A stretch of 64,000 nt of DNA from Candidatus Zhuqueibacterota bacterium (GTDB lineage: Bacteria > SM23-31). Positions within the stretch are counted from its first letter, which is position 1, and every line of letters begins with the position of its first letter. A program made the position numbers and the translations under genes. The DNA is taken from positions 10 through 64,009 of the forward strand of contig JBHPLC010000007.1 of assembly GCA_042564455.1 (NCBI GenBank), read 5' to 3'. Below are positions 1-9,533 of this stretch, in pieces. Under the pieces are notes generated by a model. The model worked only from the letters and a program-made list of their open reading frames with translations. It was not told the origin of the DNA and searched no databases.

Positions 1-21
1 TGATTTAAGGGGGAAAATAAA

Positions 22-972
22 ATGGATGATAAAAATTGCATATTCCTTTATTTTAAAGGGCGAGTTAAAAAACTCTGTATTAAAAACCTCTACAAAAAAC
101 TCGCAATCTATACCGCTGCAACTGCAGTAGTCGCCGTATTTTCTTCCGTTTTGATCAACCACAGTGAAATAAAATCTCTGAAGAAAGAAGTAGCTCAACT
201 TGCCGAGGAATTTGAGGTAAAAGAAAAGAAGTACCTTGCCCTGTCTGAAAATTTCAATATGCTGGAAAGCAAATACTTCGAGCTGTTCAACGTAAGCTCT
301 ATTATTTCGTCTGTAAATCCCTATCTTGCAAAAGAAGATGTAAGACTGTGGGTGAACACATTACGGGATTTCGAAAAAGATATCTACAAAAATCTGAACA
401 ACTCTACTCTAATGAAATTAGAGACTGAATTTACAAGAGAATCGGTAAATCCGGGATTTTCACTGATGCTTGCTATCGCAGCTCAGGAAAGTGATTTCAG
501 ACTTGAATCGAGCAGTAAAAAAGGCGCTTATGGTCCGATGCAGCTTAAACAAATTACGGCGGAACATATAGGTGTTTCGGATTTTAAAGATCCGAAGGAA
601 AATATTGGAGGTGGAGCAAGATATTTTATTGACCTGCTGAAAAAATATTACAAGTATCCTGATCAGCTTGAACTGGCGCTTGCGTCATATAATGCAGGCA
701 GGACAAGAGTCTCTGCAGAATGGATTCCGAGCTGGGGCAGCAGGTGGCAGAGCATTCATACTGGTTTGATAGACAGTGGAGGCAGATTTAAAGAAACAAG
801 AAACTATGTCAATTCTATAATGGCTCTTTCACATTTGTTTGTTTCCGGAAAATGGAATTTTCAGACACAGTATTTCTGGACAAATTATAAATCATATTTG
901 CGGAACTTTGACATAGCATTTTTGTATAATTACGCAGAGGATGCGGAAGGTTTCATTCCGAATCCGAAATGA
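22..972 (+). CDS. Lytic transglycosylase (SLT domain) with N-terminal membrane anchor and coiled coil
   Basis: AIAAQESDF (catalytic Glu), GAYGPMQL, ALASYNAG and ETRNYV motifs; SD-like GGGGG before ATG. Confidence 0.9.
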   Translation: MDDKNCIFLYFKGRVKKLCIKNLYKKLAIYTAATAVVAVFSSVLINHSEIKSLKKEVAQLAEEFEVKEKKYLALSENFNMLESKYFELFNVSSIISSVNPYLAKEDVRLWVNTLRDFEKDIYKNLNNSTLMKLETEFTRESVNPGFSLMLAIAAQESDFRLESSSKKGAYGPMQLKQITAEHIGVSDFKDPKENIGGGARYFIDLLKKYYKYPDQLELALASYNAGRTRVSAEWIPSWGSRWQSIHTGLIDSGGRFKETRNYVNSIMALSHLFVSGKWNFQTQYFWTNYKSYLRNFDIAFLYNYAEDAEGFIPNPK

Positions 973-1063
973 TACTAAAGAAATTAATATATTGATCGAT
1001 ATATATTATAGATAAGCTTCAAAAATCATATCAGAATCTTCCTATAAAACAGTACGTCAAACG

Positions 1064-1087
1064 AAAGGCGGTCTCCCGGCCGCCTTT
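1064..1087. terminator. Intrinsic terminator, probably bidirectional
   Basis: AAAGGCGG-8nt-CCGCCTTT followed by a T-rich tract, between convergent genes. Confidence 0.8.
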
Positions 1088-1106
1088 ATTTTATTAACTG
1101 TATTCT

Positions 1107-2192
1107 CTATCTCGTAATGATCTTATATAACTCAAAATCCGGTGATCCCGGTTTATGTATGACCGCTTTGTTTTGATAAAAGTATATACTGCTTGACGAA
1201 TTAAAACCTTCTATTTTTATCCTGTTAAGCAGATATCCGTTCTCATCGAATATGTCTATCCCTGCTTCATCCGGCTGATTTAAAATTGTTCCAACCCACA
1301 CTCGTCCCTCTCTGTCAGAATTAATGCTGTATGATACTGTATTCCACTTAAGCTCCCCTCTGGCTCTCTGTTCACCTTTGTATGTATAGATTATGTGTTG
1401 AAGGTCCTTATGGTTGTCCTTATAGTTCAAAGGTCGTATTGCCGACCAGATCAGATCCCCGGAACTCGAGAATTTCTCAATCCTGTTCTGATATTTGAAT
1501 GTTACTAAAGCGTTATCATCCTTATCAATATTAAAAATAACCGAATTGCCGTCGAACAGATCTCTGTTTGGATATTCAAACCTCTTGCAGAAAAATTTTC
1601 TCATTCCGGTCTCAAGATCAATTTTAGCTACCATACCATGATCTGTAAATATACTCTCCATTAAAACAAATTCACCGGTATTGGACAGTATAAATATTTT
1701 TCTATATGGGAAGACATAGCTTTTGTGAAATAGCAGATCACCATGTGTATTAATTGCTGCAATATTATGATTATTTTTGTCTTCTAATAAAAAAAGATGA
1801 TAAGGTTCAAAATATATTTTGTCATTATTGTCGATTTTAGCATAGCTAATCCTGGGATAAGATATAACTGTAGTATCTTTTAATGATATTTCAATTTCCG
1901 GTAACGGAATCTTCTCAATAAACAGTCCTTTGTTATTAAATTTTGAAAGTCCCCGTCCTATATTGTTTCTAATTGATGCATTACAGTAAATATTACCCTT
2001 TGAGTCAACAAGTGACCAGGAATCGATCACTACTTCACCTCCCAAACTGTCTGTTAAAGTGATCGTTTTGATATGCTCCAATGTAATAAGACCTGGATTA
2101 TCTTCCGGCAAATGATTTATTATGGTTTGTGAAAATACGTGGATGGGAAAAAATAATATGAAAAATATGATAAATATCTTTTGAAATATCAT
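1107..2192 (-). CDS. Secreted six-bladed beta-propeller (NHL-like) protein
   Basis: Signal peptide; repeated DSKGNIY/IDKDDN/DREGRVWV blade motifs; C-terminal half aligns by eye with 9519..10682. Confidence 0.75.
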   Translation of the reverse strand: MIFQKIFIIFFILFFPIHVFSQTIINHLPEDNPGLITLEHIKTITLTDSLGGEVVIDSWSLVDSKGNIYCNASIRNNIGRGLSKFNNKGLFIEKIPLPEIEISLKDTTVISYPRISYAKIDNNDKIYFEPYHLFLLEDKNNHNIAAINTHGDLLFHKSYVFPYRKIFILSNTGEFVLMESIFTDHGMVAKIDLETGMRKFFCKRFEYPNRDLFDGNSVIFNIDKDDNALVTFKYQNRIEKFSSSGDLIWSAIRPLNYKDNHKDLQHIIYTYKGEQRARGELKWNTVSYSINSDREGRVWVGTILNQPDEAGIDIFDENGYLLNRIKIEGFNSSSSIYFYQNKAVIHKPGSPDFELYKIITR

Positions 2193-2268
2193 TATTTATC
2201 CATAGATCGATTATTTTGCAATTTCAGACTTAAACTAAAACAAAAATAATTTGTTCCGGAATTTCGAC

Positions 2269-2304
2269 AATCCTATCTGGTTATTAAACTGTGATGATAG
2301 GATT
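2269..2304 (-). terminator. Hairpin downstream of the esterase gene, possible terminator
   Basis: AATCCTATC...GATAGGATT inverted repeat abutting the stop codon. Confidence 0.4.
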
Positions 2305-3455
2305 TATCTATTTTTGCCGAACAGGAAGATAAGCGGATGGTGGATGCGGGATGCCCAGGAGCGTTCCGAATGATCATGCCCTTCAAAGATTAGAAATTCT
2401 ATATCCTTTCCTTTCTCAAAGCCGTACCCTAACAGTATCTCTTCTAACCGTTCGTATGCACTGCTGTAAGATTCCCGCTGAGCTTCATCCCCGGTGTCAA
2501 AATATATTTTGAGGGCCTTTTTTGAATCGTCAAATTTTTCGGCAAGCTCAAAGAACTCTTCACTCCTTGCCGACATACTCGTTGAAAGACATGCGGCTTT
2601 CCCGAATACATCCGGATGATACCAGGTACAAAGAAAGGATATAAGCCCTCCCATGGAAGATCCCATGACCGCCGTATTTTGCCTGTCCGGTTTGGTGCGG
2701 TAGGTTTTGTCGACAAACGGTTTCAGTTCGTTTATGAGAAAATCCATATATGCATGCCCTTCCGGTGTGTCCGAATATTCACGCATACGTGCGGAAGTAT
2801 TGCTGACAGCTACGATGATTATCTCTTCGATCACACCCTTTGCAGCGAGAGTGTCTACAGCCTCATCCACCTGCCAGTCAACACCTATGTACGAAGTACC
2901 CGGATCAAAACAGTTCTGCCCGTCATGCATATACATTACAGGATATCGATTGCTGCTGCTTTCATAACTTTTCGGCAGGAGAACTGCTACATCACGAGTG
3001 TTCTCAAGTTTCTCAGATCTGAATTCCGGATGATATTTCACCGTTCCTGTTACACCGCCTGGAGTAGTATGAAAAAAATCTTTCCAGCCGGCGATGTGTA
3101 TGATTATTATTTCACTCTGTTCTGCCGTCAGCCTGCTGTTTGCCGGTACAACACCTTCGGCGGATACAGCTTCATTCGACCAGCTCCCGCGTGTGATCTT
3201 ATATTCAATGCGTGTATCTTTTTCAAATGGAAGTGTGATCTCATAATATCCAGATTCTTTTTTTGCCAGCACTGTTCCTGCAGGATCCCATCTTCCCAGG
3301 TTTGTCAGATTGCCTGTTATAAATATCTCCGCATCAGCAGGAGTGTTTTCCGGAGGAAAAATCCTGAAAGTGATTTCAACTGTCTGTGAAAATGCCAGGT
3401 TTGCTAATAATAGAGTAATGCAAAATAATATCAGAATATAATTCTGCTTTTTCAT
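2304..3455 (-). CDS. Secreted esterase (alpha/beta hydrolase) with N-terminal CBM20-like domain
   Basis: IFITGNLTNLGRWDP...IEYKITRGSW (CBM20-like); YPVMYMHDGQN, GSSMGG nucleophile elbow, GHDHSE. Confidence 0.88.
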   Translation of the reverse strand: MKKQNYILILFCITLLLANLAFSQTVEITFRIFPPENTPADAEIFITGNLTNLGRWDPAGTVLAKKESGYYEITLPFEKDTRIEYKITRGSWSNEAVSAEGVVPANSRLTAEQSEIIIIHIAGWKDFFHTTPGGVTGTVKYHPEFRSEKLENTRDVAVLLPKSYESSSNRYPVMYMHDGQNCFDPGTSYIGVDWQVDEAVDTLAAKGVIEEIIIVAVSNTSARMREYSDTPEGHAYMDFLINELKPFVDKTYRTKPDRQNTAVMGSSMGGLISFLCTWYHPDVFGKAACLSTSMSARSEEFFELAEKFDDSKKALKIYFDTGDEAQRESYSSAYERLEEILLGYGFEKGKDIEFLIFEGHDHSERSWASRIHHPLIFLFGKNR

Positions 3456-3487
3456 GATAAATTATTCCTCAGGATAATATGACCTGT

Positions 3488-3575
3488 ATTATGAAAATAT
3501 AAAAAAGATCTGTCAATGTTACAATAGAATTCATCTTATATTCGAATTGACAATATTTTATTGATTAACTATATT
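3488..3575. promoter_or_regulatory. Back-to-back sigma70-type promoters
   Basis: Plus strand TTGACA(3547)-17-TATATT; minus strand TTGACA(3516-3511)-17-CATAAT; between divergent genes. Confidence 0.65.
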
Positions 3576-3613
3576 ACAATACATTGATCCATAAACTCTT
3601 TCCTGTATAAATA

Positions 3614-4411
3614 ATGAAAAAATTGAATTTTAAACTTAAAATATATCTCACGATTTTCCTGATAGTGCTTATGACCGGGACTTTCGGTTTCTATGTCTTT
3701 GAAGGCATGAGCTTTGCAGATTCGGCTTATTTTACCGTTGTTACTATTTCCACTGTCGGATATGGTGACTTGCATCCTATCACCCAGGCCGGTAAAGTAC
3801 TCTCGATTTTCTGCATTGTAATGGGTGTCGGAACTTTTATGGCGGTAATAGCAAATGTGGCCGAAAGTATATTCTCTCGACGGGAAAAACACTCAATTAT
3901 GCAGAAACTGAATATTGTGATCGGTGTCTTTTTCTCGGAAGTCGGGACAAATCTGCTCTCGGTTTTCAGCAGATACGACCAGAACCTCGATACTATCAGA
4001 AATGATCTGGATATTAAAGAAGACTGGACTGATCAGGAATATATCACATTAAAAAAACACTTATCTGTTGGTAAATTCAGAGTGAATAAGGATAAAATAG
4101 ATTTTATTATGGTTAAAGAACTGCTTGCAAATAATAAGGAATTAATGCTGAGGCTGCTGGAAAATCCTGTCCTGCTCGAAAACGAAAGCTTTACTGAACT
4201 GCTCCGTTCAACATTTCACCTTTACGAGGAATTGATGAACAGAGACCTTATTAACCTCAAAGAAAGCGATTCTTCACACCTTGCCGGAGATATGAACCGT
4301 GTTTATACACATATTGTACCCCAGTGGCTGAATTATATGAAGTACCTCAATGACAACTATCCATATCTTTTTATGCATTCTGTTCGAACTAATCCTTTCA
4401 TTGTGCGTTAA
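3614..4411 (+). CDS. Potassium channel family protein (2-TM pore, Ion_trans_2)
   Basis: TISTVGYGD selectivity filter flanked by two TM helices; helical C-terminal domain that is not RCK-like. Confidence 0.9.
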   Translation: MKKLNFKLKIYLTIFLIVLMTGTFGFYVFEGMSFADSAYFTVVTISTVGYGDLHPITQAGKVLSIFCIVMGVGTFMAVIANVAESIFSRREKHSIMQKLNIVIGVFFSEVGTNLLSVFSRYDQNLDTIRNDLDIKEDWTDQEYITLKKHLSVGKFRVNKDKIDFIMVKELLANNKELMLRLLENPVLLENESFTELLRSTFHLYEELMNRDLINLKESDSSHLAGDMNRVYTHIVPQWLNYMKYLNDNYPYLFMHSVRTNPFIVR

Positions 4412-4422
4412 AATAATACTGC

Positions 4423-4470
4423 GCTCAAAATGATCATAGTGCAAAAAATTGCACTGCATAAAATTGCACT
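4423..4470. promoter_or_regulatory. Tandem palindromic enhancer (bEBP UAS-like) sites
   Basis: AGTGCAA-AAAA-TTGCACT (4438-4455), TGCATAAAATTGCA (4455-4468) and a weaker GCTCAAAATGATCA (4423-4436), upstream of a sigma54 motif. Confidence 0.6.
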
Positions 4471-4533
4471 GTTTGTTGTAATAAATAGCTGTATTAATCC
4501 GGGTGTGTTACAAATAATTACTTTTTTATAATT

Positions 4534-4548
4534 TGGTACGGTTTTTGC
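4534..4548 (+). promoter_or_regulatory. Sigma54 (-24/-12) promoter
   Basis: TGGTACG-GTTT-TTGC versus consensus TGGCACG-N4-TTGC. Confidence 0.75.
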
Positions 4549-4579
4549 CTTTAGTTATAGAAAAAATTTGAGATTGATA

Positions 4580-5380
4580 ATGCTTAATAATAAAAATCAG
4601 ATATTGAAAATTATTATCATATTCAATTTAGTATTCTTATTTTTTTTAAATTGTTCAAAGGATCCGGTTAGTAATCCATGGATCGATCCCATTCCTTTCA
4701 CGGGAGATTTAAAATTTACGATACATGAACGTTTAGAAAGTAATATGGGCGATCCGGTATCATATCTGGAATTAGAGTTGGAAACTGTTGAGATCTATCC
4801 TCAGCCATATAGAATATCTACCGATCAAAACTATAATGCAGTCACAAAAGAATTACATGTTCTGATACACTTTATTGACAGAACAGGAGTATTCCCTGAT
4901 GTGATCTCACCTGCATACGGACATATCCCCCTGTATATCGACAATGGAGATATTACTCTGTCTTTTGAATTTCAAGGAGATATTAACTCGTATACAGTAT
5001 CAGTTACAGATTCGACTGTAAACATTACAACCCTTGAAAATGAATATATATGGACTGAACCGGAATACACAAGTGTTTTCAGGATCCCAAGAGAAACATT
5101 CAGGATCAGAAATTGGGGATCAAATGTATTTTTTGATTTCATGAGTGATTTTACCGATACATTATCTACTGTTATTGATATTGGAAATTACAGCTTCCCG
5201 GGTATAAGAAATGATACCGATTTCAATCAATTCGGGACGGAAAGATATTTTCATTATCAGAATGAAGATGATTATCTGAAAGTAGGCGAAGTTTTAGAGG
5301 AATACTATAAAAGAGATTATGTTATTGATTCGGAAGTCCGGTTTCATATTATAGACTGGATGAACCAGTATCAAAAATGA
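4580..5380 (+). CDS. Hypothetical lipoprotein
   Basis: Hydrophobic signal ending FLNC-SKDP (lipobox); ORF track starts at TTG 4568, ATG 4580 fits the promoter better. Confidence 0.7.
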   Translation: MLNNKNQILKIIIIFNLVFLFFLNCSKDPVSNPWIDPIPFTGDLKFTIHERLESNMGDPVSYLELELETVEIYPQPYRISTDQNYNAVTKELHVLIHFIDRTGVFPDVISPAYGHIPLYIDNGDITLSFEFQGDINSYTVSVTDSTVNITTLENEYIWTEPEYTSVFRIPRETFRIRNWGSNVFFDFMSDFTDTLSTVIDIGNYSFPGIRNDTDFNQFGTERYFHYQNEDDYLKVGEVLEEYYKRDYVIDSEVRFHIIDWMNQYQK

Positions 5381-5530
5381 TCTGATTCATCATTTAGTAG
5401 ATATCTTTATTATATCTTTCCTAAAAAAAGGTTGTTCATTTTAGTTTTTTAAATTAACTTTCCACAGTTACATAATAACTGTCAATAGTTTCATTCCGAA
5501 AAGCGAATATTACAAAATGAGGTTTTTAAG

Positions 5531-6013
5531 ATGCAAAAGATTATTTCATCCTTAATTCTTATTTTATTTATTACTGTAAGCTGCGGAGGCTCAAAAGAAA
5601 CAGCAAAATTGAATACCGGTGCAGTAACATATGAAACTCCCAATGCGAAATTCCTCAGGGAAAATGCCGCCAAAGAAGGTGTTGTAACACTTCCAAGCGG
5701 CCTGCAGTATAAGATCCTCAGGGAAGGAACGGGTCCCTCACCGGGTTTGGATGATAAAGTCGTCGTCCACTATAAGGGAGAACTGATCAACGGGACAGAG
5801 TTTGAAAACTCCTACAAAAGAGGTAAAGCTAACGAGTTTAAAGTTAGCGGAGTGATTCCAGGCTGGACTGAAGCGCTTCAGTTGATGAAAGTCGGAGCAA
5901 AGTGGCAAATAGTCATTCCTCCGGATATTGGGTACGGCCTTAGGACCTCCGGCCCTATTCCGATGAACTCCATCCTGATTTTTGAAACGGAACTTTTGCA
6001 GATAGTAAAATAA
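5531..6013 (+). CDS. FKBP-type peptidyl-prolyl isomerase (FklB/Mip-like lipoprotein)
   Basis: SGLQYKIL, VVVHYKGELINGTEFENSY, VIPGWTEALQLM, LIFETELL; lipobox VSC. Confidence 0.95.
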   Translation: MQKIISSLILILFITVSCGGSKETAKLNTGAVTYETPNAKFLRENAAKEGVVTLPSGLQYKILREGTGPSPGLDDKVVVHYKGELINGTEFENSYKRGKANEFKVSGVIPGWTEALQLMKVGAKWQIVIPPDIGYGLRTSGPIPMNSILIFETELLQIVK

Positions 6014-6075
6014 ATATTGGAGCTTAATCCATCGATATTTTATTTTGTGTTACAATGAACAATTATGGAGATTTA

Positions 6076-7308
6076 ATGAATATTTACCTGATAATAATTC
6101 TTACTGCACTGATCCTGGATTTTGTGCTGAGTATAATAACTGATGTCCTGAACCTCAAAGCTCTCTCAGATAAACTGCCTGCTGAGTTCGAAGGTGTTTA
6201 CGATGAAAAGACCTACAGCAGGTCACAGGAATACACAAGAGTCAATACGAAATTCGGATTCATAGCAGAGGTTTTCGGACTGATCGTCACCCTTGTTTTC
6301 TGGTTTTCCGGCGGATTCAACTGGCTGGACCAGGTTGTAAGAGGCTGGTTTATCGGGCCTATCGTAATTGGCCTGGTATACATTGCAATTTTAGTGTTTG
6401 CAAAAATGCTTATATCACTCCCCTTTGGGATATACAAGACATTCGTGATCGAGGAAAAATTCGAGTTCAACAAAACAACGCCCGCAACTTTTATTAAGGA
6501 TATTATAAAAAGTCTGCTCCTTTCCATTATACTTGGCGGTCCCCTTATCGCAGGGATCCTGTGGTTCTTCGAATATGCAGGGACGCTCGCATGGCTCTAC
6601 TGCTGGATCGCATCGATAGTATTTATACTTTTTATCCAGTATATAGCGCCGACATGGATAATGCCGCTGTTTAACAAATTTACTCCCATTGAACCGGGTG
6701 AGCTGAAAGATTCCATCCTCAAATATGCAGAATCTGTCAAATTCTCCCTCAAGGGAGTATTTGTCATGGACGGCTCGAAGCGCTCAGCAAAATCAAATGC
6801 CTTTTTCACAGGTTTCGGAAAGAACAAACGTATTGCCCTATTTGACACTCTTATAAAAAAACATACTGTCGGTGAACTTGTGGCCGTGTTGGCTCATGAG
6901 ATAGGACACTATAAAAAGAAACACATTATTATCGGAATGATAATTTCGATCATGCATATGGGTGTGATGTTCTATCTTATCTCGATATTTATCAGCCACC
7001 GGGGGCTCTTCGATGCATTCTTCATGGAGGAAATGGCGATCTATACCGGTCTGATCTTTTTCGGGATGCTATTCTCCCCTATTGAAATGATCCTTTCTAT
7101 CTTTATGAACATTTTCTCACGGAGAAACGAATACCAGGCAGACAGATTTGCTGTCGAGACCAGGGATAATAAAGATGATATGATAGATGCTCTTAAAAAA
7201 CTGTCTAAAGATAACCTGTCGAATCTTACTCCGCATCAGATGAATGTTTTTCTGAATTACTCACATCCGCCCGTACTGGTACGGATCGAAGCAATAAGAA
7301 ATATATGA
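6076..7308 (+). CDS. M48 (Ste24/CAAX protease-like) membrane metallopeptidase
   Basis: DGSKRSAKSNAFFTG, HEIGH zinc motif, EYQAD, YSHPP; GGAG SD before ATG 6076 (track start 6055). Confidence 0.95.
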   Translation: MNIYLIIILTALILDFVLSIITDVLNLKALSDKLPAEFEGVYDEKTYSRSQEYTRVNTKFGFIAEVFGLIVTLVFWFSGGFNWLDQVVRGWFIGPIVIGLVYIAILVFAKMLISLPFGIYKTFVIEEKFEFNKTTPATFIKDIIKSLLLSIILGGPLIAGILWFFEYAGTLAWLYCWIASIVFILFIQYIAPTWIMPLFNKFTPIEPGELKDSILKYAESVKFSLKGVFVMDGSKRSAKSNAFFTGFGKNKRIALFDTLIKKHTVGELVAVLAHEIGHYKKKHIIIGMIISIMHMGVMFYLISIFISHRGLFDAFFMEEMAIYTGLIFFGMLFSPIEMILSIFMNIFSRRNEYQADRFAVETRDNKDDMIDALKKLSKDNLSNLTPHQMNVFLNYSHPPVLVRIEAIRNI

Positions 7309-7341
7309 CAAAAAATGTTTTAACGTAAAAAGGTATATCCT

Positions 7342-8637
7342 ATGAAATCTTTAAGATATGTTCTGCTTGTTTTTCTTCTACTTATTTTTACTATGTCAGG
7401 ATTCCTGCAGGCACAGGATACTCGTATTGACGAAGCTGTCGAAAAATTCAAAACTGAGATAATCGAAAAACGCCATCACATCCACCAGTATCCCGAACTC
7501 GGGAACCGTGAGTTCGAGACGGCAAAAATGGTTGCAGAACATCTTCGGGCTCTTGGTATCGAAGTGACCACCGGAGTAGCTCACACGGGTGTAGTAGGTA
7601 TCCTTAAAGGCGGAAAACCGGGACCGGTCGTTGCGGTACGTGCCGACATGGATGCTCTGCCGGTGACAGAGGATACACCCTATCCCTTCAGGTCCACGGT
7701 AATGACTACATATCTGGGAAAAGAAGTCGGTGTATCACATGCCTGCGGTCATGATATCCACACGTCAGTCGCTTTGGGTGTTGCTTCGGTTCTGGCATCG
7801 ATCAGGGATGAGATACCCGGAACTGTCAAGTTCATCTTCCAGCCGGCTGAAGAAGGGCCTCCTCCCGGTGAAGAAGGCGGAGCCGACCTTATGGTTCAGG
7901 AAAAGGTACTGGAAGATCCCCGTCCTTCGGCAATATTCGGACTGCATTCATCAACAGAAATAGAGGTCGGAAAGATCGGATTTACAAAAGGAGCTGCCCT
8001 GGCGGCAGTTGACCATTTTAATATAACTGTCAAGGGCAAACAGGGACACGGTGCATCTCCTCATCATACGATCGATCCTATCGTTATGGGAGCACAGGCG
8101 GTGATGGCATTCCAGACCATCCGCTCGCGCATTCTCAATCCTCTGCAGCCGAGTGTGGTTACGGTAGGTATCTTCCGGGGCGGAGAACGGTTCAATATAA
8201 TTTCCGAATCGGCCTACATGGAAGGAACCGTCAGGACCTATGATGAGGCAACAAGGGATAAGATCGAGGAAAGCATGAACGATATCCTCGAAGGGATCAC
8301 ACAGGCTTACGGCGGATCCTTCGAGATGGAATATGACAGAGGTACTCCTCCTACTATAAATAACGAAGACCTTGCGGACAGAATGCTTCCGACTGCTGTA
8401 AAAGTTTTGGGAGAGGAGAAAGTGGTTAAAAGAGATCCCACAATGGGTGGTGAGGATTTTGCATACTTTGCAAACGAAGTCCCCGGATTCTTTTTCTGGC
8501 TGGGTGTACTCAAACCCGGTACCAAATCAGGCACAGCGCATAATCCGTCATTCATGGCAGATGACTCTTCTATCCCGGTCGGAATGAAAGTCATGTCAAA
8601 CCTCCTCCTCGATTTTCTAATATCGGAAGGCAGATAA
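7342..8637 (+). CDS. M20D family amidohydrolase, secreted
   Basis: RADMDALP, HACGHD, FQPAEEG, GGEDF motifs; signal peptide. Confidence 0.95.
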   Translation: MKSLRYVLLVFLLLIFTMSGFLQAQDTRIDEAVEKFKTEIIEKRHHIHQYPELGNREFETAKMVAEHLRALGIEVTTGVAHTGVVGILKGGKPGPVVAVRADMDALPVTEDTPYPFRSTVMTTYLGKEVGVSHACGHDIHTSVALGVASVLASIRDEIPGTVKFIFQPAEEGPPPGEEGGADLMVQEKVLEDPRPSAIFGLHSSTEIEVGKIGFTKGAALAAVDHFNITVKGKQGHGASPHHTIDPIVMGAQAVMAFQTIRSRILNPLQPSVVTVGIFRGGERFNIISESAYMEGTVRTYDEATRDKIEESMNDILEGITQAYGGSFEMEYDRGTPPTINNEDLADRMLPTAVKVLGEEKVVKRDPTMGGEDFAYFANEVPGFFFWLGVLKPGTKSGTAHNPSFMADDSSIPVGMKVMSNLLLDFLISEGR

Positions 8638-8680
8638 AACAAACTATTCTGACAATTTTACACTTTTTATAATAGTTTAT

Positions 8681-9360
8681 TCCCCCTTTTTAAAGGGGGA
8701 TTAAGGGGGATTTAATTATTCCTTCAAAAAGTGGGAATAAAAGGGGGATGTTAACTTTTATATGCGGGATCATTCCCTGGTACGCCAAAGGCGATCCGTC
8801 CCCTCCCCCTGTCATTCCCGCGAAGGCGGCAATCTCTGCGCTGCAAAATCAGGTATTCATAAAATATTTATACTCTAACAAACAATCCTGTCATTGCGAG
8901 GAACGAAGTGACGTCGCAATCTCTCCGAAAGTATTAACCAATACATCAAATAGTATTGAGCCATCCCAGAGATTAATGCCTCGCCTTGGTGCGCCTTCAG
9001 GCGACCTGTCTGTCGGAATCAATCCCTGTCATTGCAAGGAGCCCGTCCCGCTATGCTGGATTGCCTTACAGAAATATGTAAAACTCATCGTAATGAAAGA
9101 ATAGTATTAAATTTTTATAATCCCCCTTTCTAAAGGGGGAATTAAAGGGGGATTTTTATATGTTAAAGAGAAATGCAAAATTCTCACATTATTAGTAAGA
9201 CAGACATTCCCTGGTACGCCCAAGGCGACCTGTCTGTCGGAATCAATCCTGTCATTGCGAGGAGCCCGTCCCGCTATGCGGGAGGCGACGCGGCAATCTC
9301 TCCGATGACTCACCTATAAACATACTCTTTGTGGCACCCCTAAACAAGGTTTAGGGGTGG
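8681..9360. repeat. Mosaic cluster of REP-like palindromic elements (at least 4 families)
   Basis: TCCCCCTTT..AAAGGGGGA units (8681, 9121, degenerate ~8718); GGTRCGCC..GGCGAYC (8779, 8988, 9213); TGTCATT..GCAATCTC (8810, 8889, 9027, 9250); CACCCCTAAAC..GTTTAGGGGTG (9335). Confidence 0.85.
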
Positions 9361-9374
9361 TGAATTATCCTTGT

Positions 9375-9533
9375 TGTAAAACTGCCCTAATATTCCTATT
9401 GTAATTGAGAAAATAATTTTTTATGTTCCGTGGAATATTTTTGTTTTTTAACTGTATAATGTATATTAACCTCTTCAAATAATGTAGTAATTATCCTTTT
9501 CTAACCTCGGAGGATCAATTGCGTACTCGCCTA
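9375..9533 (+). promoter_or_regulatory. Conserved promoter/leader/start module, copy 1
   Basis: Homologous to 20770-20925; TTGTAA(9399)-17-TATGTT; TAACCTCGGAGGA RBS. Confidence 0.65.

Noticed and set aside
1-12. TGATTTAAGGGG shared with 20301-20312
   Set aside because: Only 12 nt, SD-like, and cut by the window edge; it cannot be distinguished from chance.
2616-3389. 257-aa plus-strand ORF
   Set aside because: Antisense shadow of the well-supported CBM20-esterase gene.
8748-9313. ORFs 8748..9104 (+) and 9107..9313 (-)
   Set aside because: They are translations of the palindromic repeats (CHCEERSDVAIS, PPLIPPLERG), a typical spurious ORF.
8681-9360. CRISPR array
   Set aside because: The repeats belong to several families with irregular spacing and repeated spacers, and there are no cas genes.
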